This document shows, piece by piece, positions 1 through 9,321 of a stretch of DNA of 34,516 nucleotides. Source of the DNA: a virus; the IMG/VR virus record IMGVR_UViG_3300030311_000011, positions 1 to 34,516 of that record. The stretch is one strand, 5' to 3'. Within the stretch, counting starts at the first letter, position 1. Every line of letters begins with the position of its first letter. The notes under the pieces are model-generated. The model was not told where the DNA came from. It saw nothing but the letters and a program-made list of their open reading frames with translations, and did no database searches. The translations under genes were made by a program, and so were the position numbers.

Positions 1-450
1 AATTATTGATTATCCGCCTGTACCGTCACGGCCACACAACCGCCTGAGCGGGAAACGCCTTTCCCTCGGCCGGATTGACACCCTGTTTCAAGGTTTTATC
101 TGCTCCCACCGCCGCAGTCAACACCGTCTTGTCCGAAGGTTTTAACCATTCCAAGGACATGGCGGAGCCTATGATAAGAATGCGCGCGCCGGAAACAGGC
201 AACCCTTTCCACAGTCAGCAGCTCGTCCGCACCTGCCTCCTCCGCTTCCGGGGAAGGAAGAGCCGCACCAGGAACACACATCTTCTTTTCAGGGGAACGA
301 TACTCGAATACGGGAGACGGCATTTTTCCTGGAACCGATTCCCCAAAAACGGAAAACTCCGGGCCCAGGCTCATGACATTGTGAAAAACCTTTCTCCGTC
401 ATTTGTTTAAGGACTTGTCACCACGCTTCTTTTCCCTAGAATCCCTCGGT

Positions 451-1860
451 ATGCTTGACGCCCTCCAAAATGCCTTTTTCCAGACCGGGGACACGCTCAC
501 ATCCTGGCTGTCCGCTTTCAGCAGCTTCCTGTGGGGATGGCCCCTGCTCATCATGCTGCTGGGCACGCACCTGTACCTCACCGCCATCCTGCGGTTTCCG
601 CAGCGTTATCTGCTTAAGGCCCTGAAATTGTATTTTGTGAAAGATCATACGGACAAGGGAGATATCTCCCCGTTCAGCTCCCTGATGGTGGCCCTGGCAG
701 CCAACATCGGCGCCGGGAATATCATCGGCGTGGGCGTGGCGATTGCAGCCGGAGGCCCCGGCGCCGTCTTTTGGTGCTGGCTGACGGGAGTTCTGGGAAT
801 GGCAACCCGTTATTCGGAAGGATTGCTCGCCATCAAATACCGGGTGGAAAACAAGGACGGCAATATGAGCGGAGGCCCCATGTTCGTGCTGGAACGCGGT
901 CTGAACAGCAAATGGCTGGGGGCAGCCTTCGCCGTCTTCACGGCCATTGCCGCCTTCGGGATCGGCAATCTGACGCAAGGGAACGCAGCGGCGGAACAGC
1001 TCCACCACGCCTTTTCCATTCCCTCCTGGGGAACAGCCGCCGTTCTGACGGCATTGACGGCTCTGGTAATGCTGGGAGGCATCCAGGGCATTGCCAGGGT
1101 ATGCGCTTTCTTCGTGCCGTTCATGGCCGTCATCTATATCATGGGATGCCTGTATATCCTGACCGTACAGGCAGAGTATATTATTCCCGCCATCCGGTAT
1201 ATTCTGGACTGCGCCTTCACGGGAGAAGCCGCCGCCGGGGGCGCAGCAGGAGCGGCCGTCATGGCGGCAATGAGAACCGGTGTGGCCCGGGGCCTCTTTT
1301 CCAATGAGGCCGGCCTAGGATCCGCAGCCATCGCCTCCGCCGCAGCGCAGAACCGCAACCCCGTCAGGCAGGCGCTCATCTCTTCCAGCGGCCCCTTCTG
1401 GGATACCGTCATCATCTGCGCCCTGACGGGAATTGTGCTGACCACCAGCATCATCGCGCATCCGGACATTTCCTGCACGGACGGCCCCAGGCTTACTACG
1501 CTGGCATTCAGCAAAATTCCTTACATAGGCTCCCCTCTGCTCACGCTCAGCCTGGTTACGTTTGTAGTTTCCACCATTCTGGGCTGGTCCTACTTTGGAG
1601 AAAAAGCGCTGGAATACCTGGGAGGCATCCGGCTGATCATGCCTTACCGCGTCATCTGGGTGGCGGCGGTCTTCATCGGCTGCGTCTCTAAAATAGAACT
1701 GGTATGGATTTTTGCAGACTGCGCCAACGGACTGATGGCCCTGCCCAACCTCATTTCCCTGCTGGCACTTTCCGGCGTGCTTGTCCAGCAAACGCGGTAC
1801 TACCTCTGGCAGCACAGGCTGGACGATTACGACGAATCCCACATACCGGAAGGAAAATAA
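451..1860 (+). CDS. sodium:alanine (amino-acid) symporter, AGCS family
   Basis: ORF opens at TTG 403; first ATG is at 451 (MLDALQNAFF...). It is a polytopic hydrophobic protein. The GGPGAVFWCWLTGVLGMATRYSE stretch and overall layout are typical of AlsT/AGCS carriers. Confidence 0.85.
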   Translation: MLDALQNAFFQTGDTLTSWLSAFSSFLWGWPLLIMLLGTHLYLTAILRFPQRYLLKALKLYFVKDHTDKGDISPFSSLMVALAANIGAGNIIGVGVAIAAGGPGAVFWCWLTGVLGMATRYSEGLLAIKYRVENKDGNMSGGPMFVLERGLNSKWLGAAFAVFTAIAAFGIGNLTQGNAAAEQLHHAFSIPSWGTAAVLTALTALVMLGGIQGIARVCAFFVPFMAVIYIMGCLYILTVQAEYIIPAIRYILDCAFTGEAAAGGAAGAAVMAAMRTGVARGLFSNEAGLGSAAIASAAAQNRNPVRQALISSSGPFWDTVIICALTGIVLTTSIIAHPDISCTDGPRLTTLAFSKIPYIGSPLLTLSLVTFVVSTILGWSYFGEKALEYLGGIRLIMPYRVIWVAAVFIGCVSKIELVWIFADCANGLMALPNLISLLALSGVLVQQTRYYLWQHRLDDYDESHIPEGK

Positions 1861-1947
1861 CGATTTTTTTAACTCGGATTCAAATAATTCTTGCCTTTCG
1901 GCTTCCGGTAGTATTTACTTCGCCGCGCAGTCCCTGCAAACCTAAAA

Positions 1948-2023
1948 GTCGCGTTCGTCTAGCGGTCTAGGACTCCCGCCTTTCACGCGGGCAACACGGG
2001 TTCGAGTCCCGTACGCGATGCCA
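1948..2023 (+). tRNA. tRNA-Glu (anticodon UUC), 76 nt with encoded CCA
   Basis: Cloverleaf folded by hand: acceptor GTCGCGT/ACGCGAT, D arm GTCT-AGCGGTCTA-GGAC, anticodon arm CCCGC-CTTTCAC-GCGGG, T arm ACGGG-TTCGAGT-CCCGT, then G-CCA. The architecture is the same as classical bacterial tRNA-Glu. Pair 1:72 is G:U. Confidence 0.9.
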
Positions 2024-2084
2024 ATTTTCGTCAGCACACGACGGAATGGGCCTTGATTTTCCTACGTTTTGCGCAGTTTTGAGC

Positions 2085-2152
2085 GCACCTGAAAGCACCT
2101 GACAGAAAAAAGTACCCTGTACATGCGACTGTACCTTGTCTAAGGACTGTAC
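2085..2152 (+). repeat. short direct repeats between tRNA and int (candidate integrase arm/accessory sites or int promoter elements)
   Basis: GCACCTGA occurs at 2085-2092 and 2095-2102 (10-bp phasing). CTGTAC occurs at 2117-2122, and ACTGTAC at 2128-2134 and 2146-2152. Confidence 0.3.
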
Positions 2153-2158
2153 AGCACT

Positions 2159-3346
2159 ATGGCAGGCATCATCAAACGCAACAATAAATGGGTGGCCGTC
2201 TTCCGGTCTCTGGACGGAAAAGAGCTGCGGAAAACCACCGGAATCGACGTGGTTCCCAGGGCGCTTCTCCCAGGAGCGAATAAAAAATCGGTCATGTCCC
2301 AGAATGAAGCGCGGGCGCGTCTCGTCGCCCAGGAGATGGAGAAGGAAGCCCGCTATGGGGTTTTTGACCTGGACAAGGTGAAGGCCATTGCCGGAGATCA
2401 AGCGGGCGTGCTGAAAGCCACCATGAACGGCATGACGGTGAGCCGGTTCCTGTTTGACTGGCTGGATGGACGGAAAAACAAGAAGCGGGCCTATGAGCGG
2501 GACGGCATGGCCGTCCGCCGGCTGCTGGCGTACCTCGGAGACCGACGGAATATGCCCCTGGCCGCCTTGAATAAAGGCATGGCTAAAGATTTTGTAGAAA
2601 CTGAATTAGAGCGCGTTTCCGCAGGCACCGTCATCCGCTACGTGTCCACGCTTTCCACGGCGTTCAATGCCGCTGTAGACCGGGAGATCCTTTCCCGGAA
2701 TCCGTTCCGGGGCGTCATGCCTTCCCGGTCGGACCACCAGGCGGAAAAGCAGCTGCGCGGCGCGTTCACGATGGAGGAAGTAAATACCATCATTGAATGC
2801 TTTCCCGACGAATGGCCGGATCTGGTGCGGGTGTGCCTCTACACCGGAGGCCAGCGCCTCGGAGACCTGGCGACGCTGAAATGGGAGCAGATTGACTTGA
2901 AGAACTCCTTCCTGTTCATGACCACGCAGAAGAGCCGGCGCCGCATGAACAAACCGATCATCCAGCCCTTGAAAGAGGTGTTGGAAAGGCGTCTGCTCAA
3001 CCGGGTGAACGATTACGTGTTCCCTTTGGCGGCACTTCGCCATGCCCATGCGGGCGGGCGTTCCGACAAGCTTTCCACGGAGTTCACCACACTCTTGAAA
3101 ACGTACGGAATCATCCGCGAAATGCCCGGGGAAGTAAGAGGCGACCGTCACCGGCTTTCGGAAAAGAGCTTCCACAGCCTCCGGGCGACCGCCGTGACCG
3201 TCCTGCGCCTGTCCGGGGTGTCCCCGGATTTATGCCGCTTCATCGTCGGACACGATTCCGAAGAAATTGAAAGGGTCTATTTCCGTCCGGATTCTGCGGA
3301 CGTCCAGGCGGCCATGAGCAAGATCGCAGTCGGCGTGGCCCGTTAG
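2159..3346 (+). CDS. int: tyrosine site-specific recombinase (phage integrase)
   Basis: 395 aa with an ATG start. The C-terminal catalytic region has box I (YTGGQRLGDLATLKW), HSLRATAV (H-x-x-R), VGHDS and the RVYFR tyrosine. It sits adjacent to a tRNA. Confidence 0.9.
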   Translation: MAGIIKRNNKWVAVFRSLDGKELRKTTGIDVVPRALLPGANKKSVMSQNEARARLVAQEMEKEARYGVFDLDKVKAIAGDQAGVLKATMNGMTVSRFLFDWLDGRKNKKRAYERDGMAVRRLLAYLGDRRNMPLAALNKGMAKDFVETELERVSAGTVIRYVSTLSTAFNAAVDREILSRNPFRGVMPSRSDHQAEKQLRGAFTMEEVNTIIECFPDEWPDLVRVCLYTGGQRLGDLATLKWEQIDLKNSFLFMTTQKSRRRMNKPIIQPLKEVLERRLLNRVNDYVFPLAALRHAHAGGRSDKLSTEFTTLLKTYGIIREMPGEVRGDRHRLSEKSFHSLRATAVTVLRLSGVSPDLCRFIVGHDSEEIERVYFRPDSADVQAAMSKIAVGVAR

Positions 3347-3362
3347 CCTCCTTTCCTGCCCC

Positions 3363-3392
3363 GATCATGTTGTTGACGTCAACAAGATGATC
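3363..3392. terminator. 30-nt near-perfect palindrome between convergent int and glycosyltransferase-like gene (bidirectional terminator-like hairpin)
   Basis: Sequence is GATCATGTTGTTGACGTCAACAAGATGATC; 14 of 15 arm positions pair. It overlaps the stop codon of the - strand gene. There is no clear U tract. Confidence 0.45.
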
Positions 3393-4134
3393 CGTCTTCG
3401 TTTTGCGGGAAACGGCAGCGGAACAAGGCGTCCATTGCGCGGGCCCGCTCGGATTTCGGGATGTTCGTGGGACGCGGGTTGCCGAAGGTAACCATCCAGA
3501 AATCCGCGTATTTCTGCGGAGTCACGGCGATGCTGAACCAGTTCCACGCCGTCCACTTCCCTTCCCGGTAAAAGGGCGTCCAGGGTTCATCAAGGCGGAT
3601 TTGTTCCGGGGGAAAGTGATTCTGAACCGCCCGGCAGATGGTGAGGTCTTCCGGTGCGAGCGGAGGAAGGTCAGCCTGTTCCAGCTCCTTCGCCGCCAGT
3701 CTGGCCGCCTGTCCGCTGATGGCGTAACACGGCCCATAGGCGGAACGTTCGGAAGGATGGCTGGGGACCTGGTATCCGGAGGCGTGAAGAGCCAGCCCAT
3801 GGCGCTGCATGTCTCGGATCCAGTCGCCCGACAACAGGAGCGTGTCGGAGTCGATTTTGACAATAATGTCGTGGTCTCTCGCTCCACGGGCCAGCGTGGA
3901 AATGATGCCACGGACGCAGTCCGGCCCGCGCAGGTTGCCGCAGCGGGGGAAAGAACTCCGGCGATACCGCGCCCCATGCGCTACAAGGTCCCTCCTGGCC
4001 TCCGGGGGCACCGGGGCGGCGCTGTCGTCCACCACCGTGATGACGGCTTCGGGGAGGGCCGCTGCAGCGCACCGGACGCAGACGAGAGCTTCATCGGCGT
4101 CGCCGGCATAGGTGAATAGGTAAATTCTGATCAT
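3379..4134 (-). CDS. GT-A fold glycosyltransferase-like protein (prophage-end moron)
   Basis: 251 aa with an ATG start. VITVVDDS and KIDSDTLL (DxD-like) motifs lie in a Rossmann-like N-terminal half. No TM segments. Confidence 0.5.
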   Translation of the reverse strand: MIRIYLFTYAGDADEALVCVRCAAAALPEAVITVVDDSAAPVPPEARRDLVAHGARYRRSSFPRCGNLRGPDCVRGIISTLARGARDHDIIVKIDSDTLLLSGDWIRDMQRHGLALHASGYQVPSHPSERSAYGPCYAISGQAARLAAKELEQADLPPLAPEDLTICRAVQNHFPPEQIRLDEPWTPFYREGKWTAWNWFSIAVTPQKYADFWMVTFGNPRPTNIPKSERARAMDALFRCRFPQNEDGSSC

Positions 4135-4146
4135 GATGTTGTCTGA

Positions 4147-6291
4147 TTAGGCTGGCCCGTAGGGGTAGAAGGTTCCTCCGAAGACCGGGATCTGTATCAT
4201 TCCCATGGCGTATTGCGTCACCTGGTCATCTTCGATGTCGGCAATCAGGAAGGAATAGTCGAAGTTAACGCCCGGTTTTTCTTCGGCAAGCCTGATTGGG
4301 TACACCGTCCCCGGAATGCCGGAGACGTCAACGCCTGTCAATTTGGCGTCCTGGTCGAATTGGACGTTGAGCCATACTTCCCCGCTGGTTTGGGTGAGCT
4401 GCACCCACGAGGATCCGGAACTGCCCCCCTGCGGGTATTTGCCGAGCAGATTTCCGTTCAGATAGAGCGCGCCGGGCTTGATTTGCGCCCCGGTGACGGC
4501 TCCCTCCGTATCTTTCTGCACCCGCACCTGGAAGCCGTATTCCGGAGCGGGCGTGGCTTCCCCGGTGGACTTGGTAATATGCTGGCTGATGGTCGGAGAT
4601 TCCGGCTTGGGGTCAAAGGCGTATTCCGTCGATTCCGGCGCGCCCTGCATGTTTTCAAGCGTGGAAGACTCGCGAGATTTGGCGTTGATGCTCCTCAATC
4701 TTATCCAGTCTTCAATGCTTAAATAGTTCAAAGCTCCATAGGACAACGTAATGACGTTGGTCTGCAGGTCGCGGTTCACCGTCTGGATCATGGTGTTGAT
4801 ACTCTGCCATGCGGGGTTTCCTCCCAGCAGCGAGACGCGGCGGCCCATGTATTGCTGCGTTTGAGCATCCCCCAGTGCGACAAAGGATATAGAGCCGTCC
4901 CAAGGCAATTCCTGCATGGATTCCCACACCGTTTTGGCAATGTCCCCATAGGGCACACCTTCCGAGGGAGTCCCAGATTCCCCTTCTTCCGGCCCGTTGG
5001 AGGGCTGCTCCCCGTTGTAGATGCCGTCGATGGGGTAGCTCGCAAAGGGGCGGTCCATGGTGACCAGATCCACCGAGAATTCTTCCCAAAAGCAGGGCAC
5101 ACCCTGCAAGGTCCCCACATTCTTGAATTTCTCCCGCCACTTGGCAGGGGCGCTTTCCGGGATGGCGAGACGCTGCTTGATGGTGGCATTGCACCACTGC
5201 GGCCTGATGGATTTGGTATGAATTTGCCCATCCGTCAGTTCATAGCCCGTGGCCGTGGTATTATAGCCTTTCGGTTTGTCTTCCTCCGTTCCGTCCCAGG
5301 GCTTCCCAGTGATGACAGGCTCCTGATCATAGGCCGCGAGGGCGTCCACGTCTTTCATCCACGGGAAATGATTTTTCCAGAAACTGTTGATCATGTCGTT
5401 CTGGTCAATCCGGGTCCCCGTCACTTTCATGCGCTGGTAGGACAGGCTGCCGGCCCTGGTTCCCTGTACCGGTTGAGGATCTTCTACCGGTTCCCCTGTA
5501 GAATTATACTTAGAATAATAGAAGTCTACGGACGTTCGGTAAACGATGGAGTGCGGTAAGGTCGGATCGCCGTCTTCCGGGTATTTGGACAGGTAAGAGA
5601 CGCGATAGCCGTTGCTTCCGGTAGTTTCCGCGACAATCGCCACGCAGGGAGGCACGAGGTCGGCCCGGGGGACCAGGGATACATCCATGGACTTGATTGT
5701 CGTCGTCGGCTGCAATGGCAGGGAGATAGGCGACAGGGCGTCATAGTCCGTGATGACCAGCTTGGGCCGCGCGCCGCTGTAGTCGTAGTACGTGACCATG
5801 CGGGGCGACCAGTGGCGGATGGATTGGAGCAGACTTCCAAGGGTGTCGCATGAGGCGTTCCACGGGATCAGCATTTTGTCGTCGCTGATCCGCAGTTCGT
5901 AGTCCGCGGGGTGGTGTTTGGCCAGATTCAGCACCCGGGAAAGGGCGGAGGAAATGCTTATTTTGGGGATGATGCCACCCCCGCCACTGGTTTTGCGCCA
6001 CATGGAAAAGACCGGCTTCCATTCGGAATCCAGGGCAAAGCAGTTGTCCAGGTAATACCAGGGATCGGAAAAGACGATTTTCCAGGCACGGGATGAGCCG
6101 CTGTAGGTCTTTTCGATGCTGGAAACGAGGCCCGCAAGAATGGTGTTCCCGTTTTGGGAGATGGTGACGGTGTCGAATTGCTGGAAGGGCAAGACCTCGT
6201 CCAGGGCGCGGACGGGATAAACCGCGGTAATGGTGGAGGTGGAAAAGCTTCTTTGAGAGTGATTGAGGCTCGACGGTTTGAGAGCCAGCAA
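4147..6291 (-). CDS. tail tip / host-specificity protein (putative)
   Basis: 714 aa. It is the only large structural ORF downstream of the tape measure. The start is TTG; 17 further sense codons are open upstream. No specific family recognised. Confidence 0.45.
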   Translation of the reverse strand: MLALKPSSLNHSQRSFSTSTITAVYPVRALDEVLPFQQFDTVTISQNGNTILAGLVSSIEKTYSGSSRAWKIVFSDPWYYLDNCFALDSEWKPVFSMWRKTSGGGGIIPKISISSALSRVLNLAKHHPADYELRISDDKMLIPWNASCDTLGSLLQSIRHWSPRMVTYYDYSGARPKLVITDYDALSPISLPLQPTTTIKSMDVSLVPRADLVPPCVAIVAETTGSNGYRVSYLSKYPEDGDPTLPHSIVYRTSVDFYYSKYNSTGEPVEDPQPVQGTRAGSLSYQRMKVTGTRIDQNDMINSFWKNHFPWMKDVDALAAYDQEPVITGKPWDGTEEDKPKGYNTTATGYELTDGQIHTKSIRPQWCNATIKQRLAIPESAPAKWREKFKNVGTLQGVPCFWEEFSVDLVTMDRPFASYPIDGIYNGEQPSNGPEEGESGTPSEGVPYGDIAKTVWESMQELPWDGSISFVALGDAQTQQYMGRRVSLLGGNPAWQSINTMIQTVNRDLQTNVITLSYGALNYLSIEDWIRLRSINAKSRESSTLENMQGAPESTEYAFDPKPESPTISQHITKSTGEATPAPEYGFQVRVQKDTEGAVTGAQIKPGALYLNGNLLGKYPQGGSSGSSWVQLTQTSGEVWLNVQFDQDAKLTGVDVSGIPGTVYPIRLAEEKPGVNFDYSFLIADIEDDQVTQYAMGMIQIPVFGGTFYPYGPA

Positions 6292-6342
6292 ATCATTAAT
6301 GGTGATGTCGTGGTTCCTGCTGCTTGTAAAAAGGTTAAGGTT

Positions 6343-6933
6343 CTATTTATTCCTGTCCTGCATGTTTTTCAAGATATGGACGCATTCCGCAATCCGGTCG
6401 TAAATTTGCCCCATCCACAGGAAAAACATTAACGAAAAGAATCCAGATAAAAGACAGGCAATGGACAAACCGACCAATTCATTTGCTATACAAACAAAAA
6501 ATCCGATGATTCCAGCAACAGCTACAAATCCCCCTATCATAGGGAAATAATAACCTATAAGGGTTGTCTGACTCGTTTGTTTTTGTTTTTCGGTGGCTGC
6601 TGGTTTCATTTTATAGATTCTTATTGCACCAATGATTAAAAGGCAAACAACACCTATCTCTAACAATAAGCCTACTAATCCTACATAACCAATGATGGCA
6701 ACAATAACAACAATTAATGCTACTATCCCTATCCATTTGATGCCAGTTAAATATGACGGTAGTTGATTACTACGATATTTTGCTACCACTTTCTCGAACT
6801 CTTCCCATTCTTGCCCCCCCTCTTGAAAAATCATGGTTTTCGCGTTGATCTTTTTCTGGGAGAAATAATCTTCCAGCACCTCCATCGAAACCGGACCTTC
6901 CGTTTGTCCCTCGGACGTATAGAAATAATACAT
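6343..6933 (-). CDS. GYF_2 (DUF4339)-like domain protein with about 4 TM helices
   Basis: 196 aa with an ATG start. The N-terminus YYFYTSEGQTEGPVSMEVLEDYF...IFQEGGQEWEEF resembles the GYF_2 domain and is followed by long hydrophobic segments. The gene is visibly AT-richer than its neighbours. Confidence 0.6.
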   Translation of the reverse strand: MYYFYTSEGQTEGPVSMEVLEDYFSQKKINAKTMIFQEGGQEWEEFEKVVAKYRSNQLPSYLTGIKWIGIVALIVVIVAIIGYVGLVGLLLEIGVVCLLIIGAIRIYKMKPAATEKQKQTSQTTLIGYYFPMIGGFVAVAGIIGFFVCIANELVGLSIACLLSGFFSLMFFLWMGQIYDRIAECVHILKNMQDRNK

Positions 6934-6966
6934 GTCCCCATTCTGATACGTGATTATCCAAAAATG

Positions 6967-9300
6967 TCAAGATACGAACCAGCCTGCCACCATATTGAGA
7001 CCGGTTTTCTGTGCCTGGGACTCTTTTTCGAGCCGTTGAACTCGTGCCTCCATGGATTTGATCGCGGCACGATATTGATTTCCGTCGGAAGATCCCTTTT
7101 CTACCAGGGCAATGATGCGTTTCACTAAATCAAGCGTTTGTGCATAGGTGATTTTATTCTCGCCTCTTGAGGACAGCTCCTGCATTAATTTTTTCGAGAG
7201 AACCTCCATTTCGTTCTCGGTGACCCTGTTATCCTTGAAAGCGTCTTTGATGTACCTGATGATGGCACTATAGGCTTCATTAATATTGGACTTTCGTTCC
7301 CGCGCTCTTCCGCTGACATCTTTATCGGGGCTTGACAAGGCGTCGGTCAACGATTTGCTGAATCCGGCCAGGTTAACGTTCTCGATGATATTGTCACGTT
7401 TGTCCCTCTGGTTCTTGGTTCGCTCTTTGAGCCTGGAGATTTCCTTTTTCAGTTCACGGACTTCGTTTTCCCTTTCCCGTATCTGATCTTTGATAGCGTT
7501 TTCATTCTCCTTCTGTGCCTGGACAATCCTTTTTTGCTGTTCCACAGCCTCGTTCCTCTCCCGCTGCGCTTCGTCAATTTTTTCTTCGGAAGCATTTATT
7601 TTTCGGACTTCTTCAAGCTGTTGCGTGCTTGTAGTTAAAGATTTCTCCGCTTCCGTTTGATCTTCTATCGCCTTTTTAAGCGATTCCTGCGCCTGTTCTA
7701 CCGCTTTGTCTCTGTTCTTATATGCTTCACGCAACGCATCATCCGTGCTGACGTCATATCCTGCATCGACAAGAGCGTTATCAGAAGCCGTCCTTTGGTT
7801 TCTTAAGGCGTTCAGGCGATCTAACTGCACCCTGCCATTTCCTATGGATAGAACGTCTTCCATTAACTTTGGAGCCGTTCTAAAGACGTTGGAATTATGT
7901 GCACTAACTCCTTGAAAAAATGTATTTTTTAAAACACTTGTATTACCTCCATTTTCAATTAATTGCTTAATCCAACCTTGAAGATCGTCGTCTGATATTC
8001 TTCCAAATCCCTTAAAATTTCCTGTTAGTTCAGCGGCATTCCGTGTGGTTTTGGCTATAGAAAGCAAGTTATCAAATATTTGTTTTTCCGCATTAAGGAT
8101 TTCGCCATTGAGCTTTTCCCGTTCCTGGTAGGATAAAATATTCTGGTCCTGCAATCCTCCCAAACGTTCGCTGTTTCTGTTGGTGGCTTCGGTTTTTGAC
8201 GCTAAATCCCTTTCCGCGTTAGATACATTGATTCTGGCGGATTCTTCCTGTTCTTGTCGATGCCGGGCACGGGCTCGAAGTCTGATGTCTTCCTGTTTGC
8301 CTTCAAAGAACAAACGCGCGGAAAAACTTTCAGGATCGCCGAACGCCCCGCTATAGTAATCAGTTTCCAGTTTCAACAAATCCGCCTGATCCTGATTGTC
8401 CAGAATCTTTGATTGCAGGTCCAGCAAACGCTGCTGCTCCCGTACAGATTCTTTTAATGCCTGGGCTTCTTCTTTTCGGTTTCCTGCTATTTTTGCCGTC
8501 AAATCATTGGACGTCTTTAAAGCTGCCTCGTTATTGAAGGACGCGACGATTTCCTGGGATTCCTTAATGGCTTCATTTTGTTGTTCAAGGGCCTTAGCGA
8601 GTTCTTTGGATTTTGCTTCCGTGTTTCCCATCCACTCGTAAAGCTTCGCTCCGGCTAACACGGCAATGGAGACAGCCCCGGCCAGCCCTGCCCCGCCTCC
8701 GAAGCCCATCACAAGCCCCGGAATATTGTTCAGGATGCCCTTGATGCCATACTGCACGTCATCCATGAAATAGGCAACCTGCAGCATTCCCTGCCCCATA
8801 TTCTTCACGCTCCGGGTTGCCTGCTGGCTGTTTCGGTCGAGCTGGTTCGACGATTGCGCGACTTTTTTTTCTGTCAGAGCGACTTTTTCCGCTGCCTGCG
8901 CTTGCCGTTCCTGCGCCTTGGTCAACGCATCAATCCTCCTTTCCAGTTCCTGAATATTCTTCAGGGCTTTTAACCGGTCGGGATGATTTTCCAGCTGCGT
9001 TGCTTTCTGCAGAACGGCCTGATATTGCTCCAATTCCGCAACAAGTTCCTCCAAGGCGGCTTTTTCTCTTCTTCTGGCTTGTTCGATAGCATCCGCGGCC
9101 TCCTTAGCTTTCTTCTGCCTGCGTTCTTCCGCCTGCACTTCTTTTTCGGCCGCTTTGGACTGTTCATCAGCAGTGGCTTTTCCTCCGGAAGATGAATTCC
9201 CGGCATTTTTCAGGGATTCAATTTGTTTGCGAGCTTCATCAATACCCTTATTGTCAACGGAGTACTTAACATCTACTTCAATTTCTTTCTTGATGGCCAT
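6967..9300 (-). CDS. tape measure protein
   Basis: 777 aa, highly charged and coiled-coil rich (E/K/Q/A runs), with a central glycine-rich hydrophobic block (GLVMGFGGGAGLAGAVSIAVLAGAKL). It sits after a chaperone-like ORF. Confidence 0.75.
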   Translation of the reverse strand: MAIKKEIEVDVKYSVDNKGIDEARKQIESLKNAGNSSSGGKATADEQSKAAEKEVQAEERRQKKAKEAADAIEQARRREKAALEELVAELEQYQAVLQKATQLENHPDRLKALKNIQELERRIDALTKAQERQAQAAEKVALTEKKVAQSSNQLDRNSQQATRSVKNMGQGMLQVAYFMDDVQYGIKGILNNIPGLVMGFGGGAGLAGAVSIAVLAGAKLYEWMGNTEAKSKELAKALEQQNEAIKESQEIVASFNNEAALKTSNDLTAKIAGNRKEEAQALKESVREQQRLLDLQSKILDNQDQADLLKLETDYYSGAFGDPESFSARLFFEGKQEDIRLRARARHRQEQEESARINVSNAERDLASKTEATNRNSERLGGLQDQNILSYQEREKLNGEILNAEKQIFDNLLSIAKTTRNAAELTGNFKGFGRISDDDLQGWIKQLIENGGNTSVLKNTFFQGVSAHNSNVFRTAPKLMEDVLSIGNGRVQLDRLNALRNQRTASDNALVDAGYDVSTDDALREAYKNRDKAVEQAQESLKKAIEDQTEAEKSLTTSTQQLEEVRKINASEEKIDEAQRERNEAVEQQKRIVQAQKENENAIKDQIRERENEVRELKKEISRLKERTKNQRDKRDNIIENVNLAGFSKSLTDALSSPDKDVSGRARERKSNINEAYSAIIRYIKDAFKDNRVTENEMEVLSKKLMQELSSRGENKITYAQTLDLVKRIIALVEKGSSDGNQYRAAIKSMEARVQRLEKESQAQKTGLNMVAGWFVS

Positions 9301-9321
9301 GGTGGTCGGGATGGTAGGGTG

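Noticed and set aside
1-450. A possible riboswitch (for example glycine) or leader upstream of the alanine symporter, and the ORFs 75-410 (+) and 96-374 (-).
   Set aside because: I could not find the conserved glycine-riboswitch cores (GGAGAG ... ACCGAAGGGGCAA-type) on either strand. Neither ORF has recognisable motifs and the two overlap each other. The region is left unannotated; a covariance-model scan would settle it.
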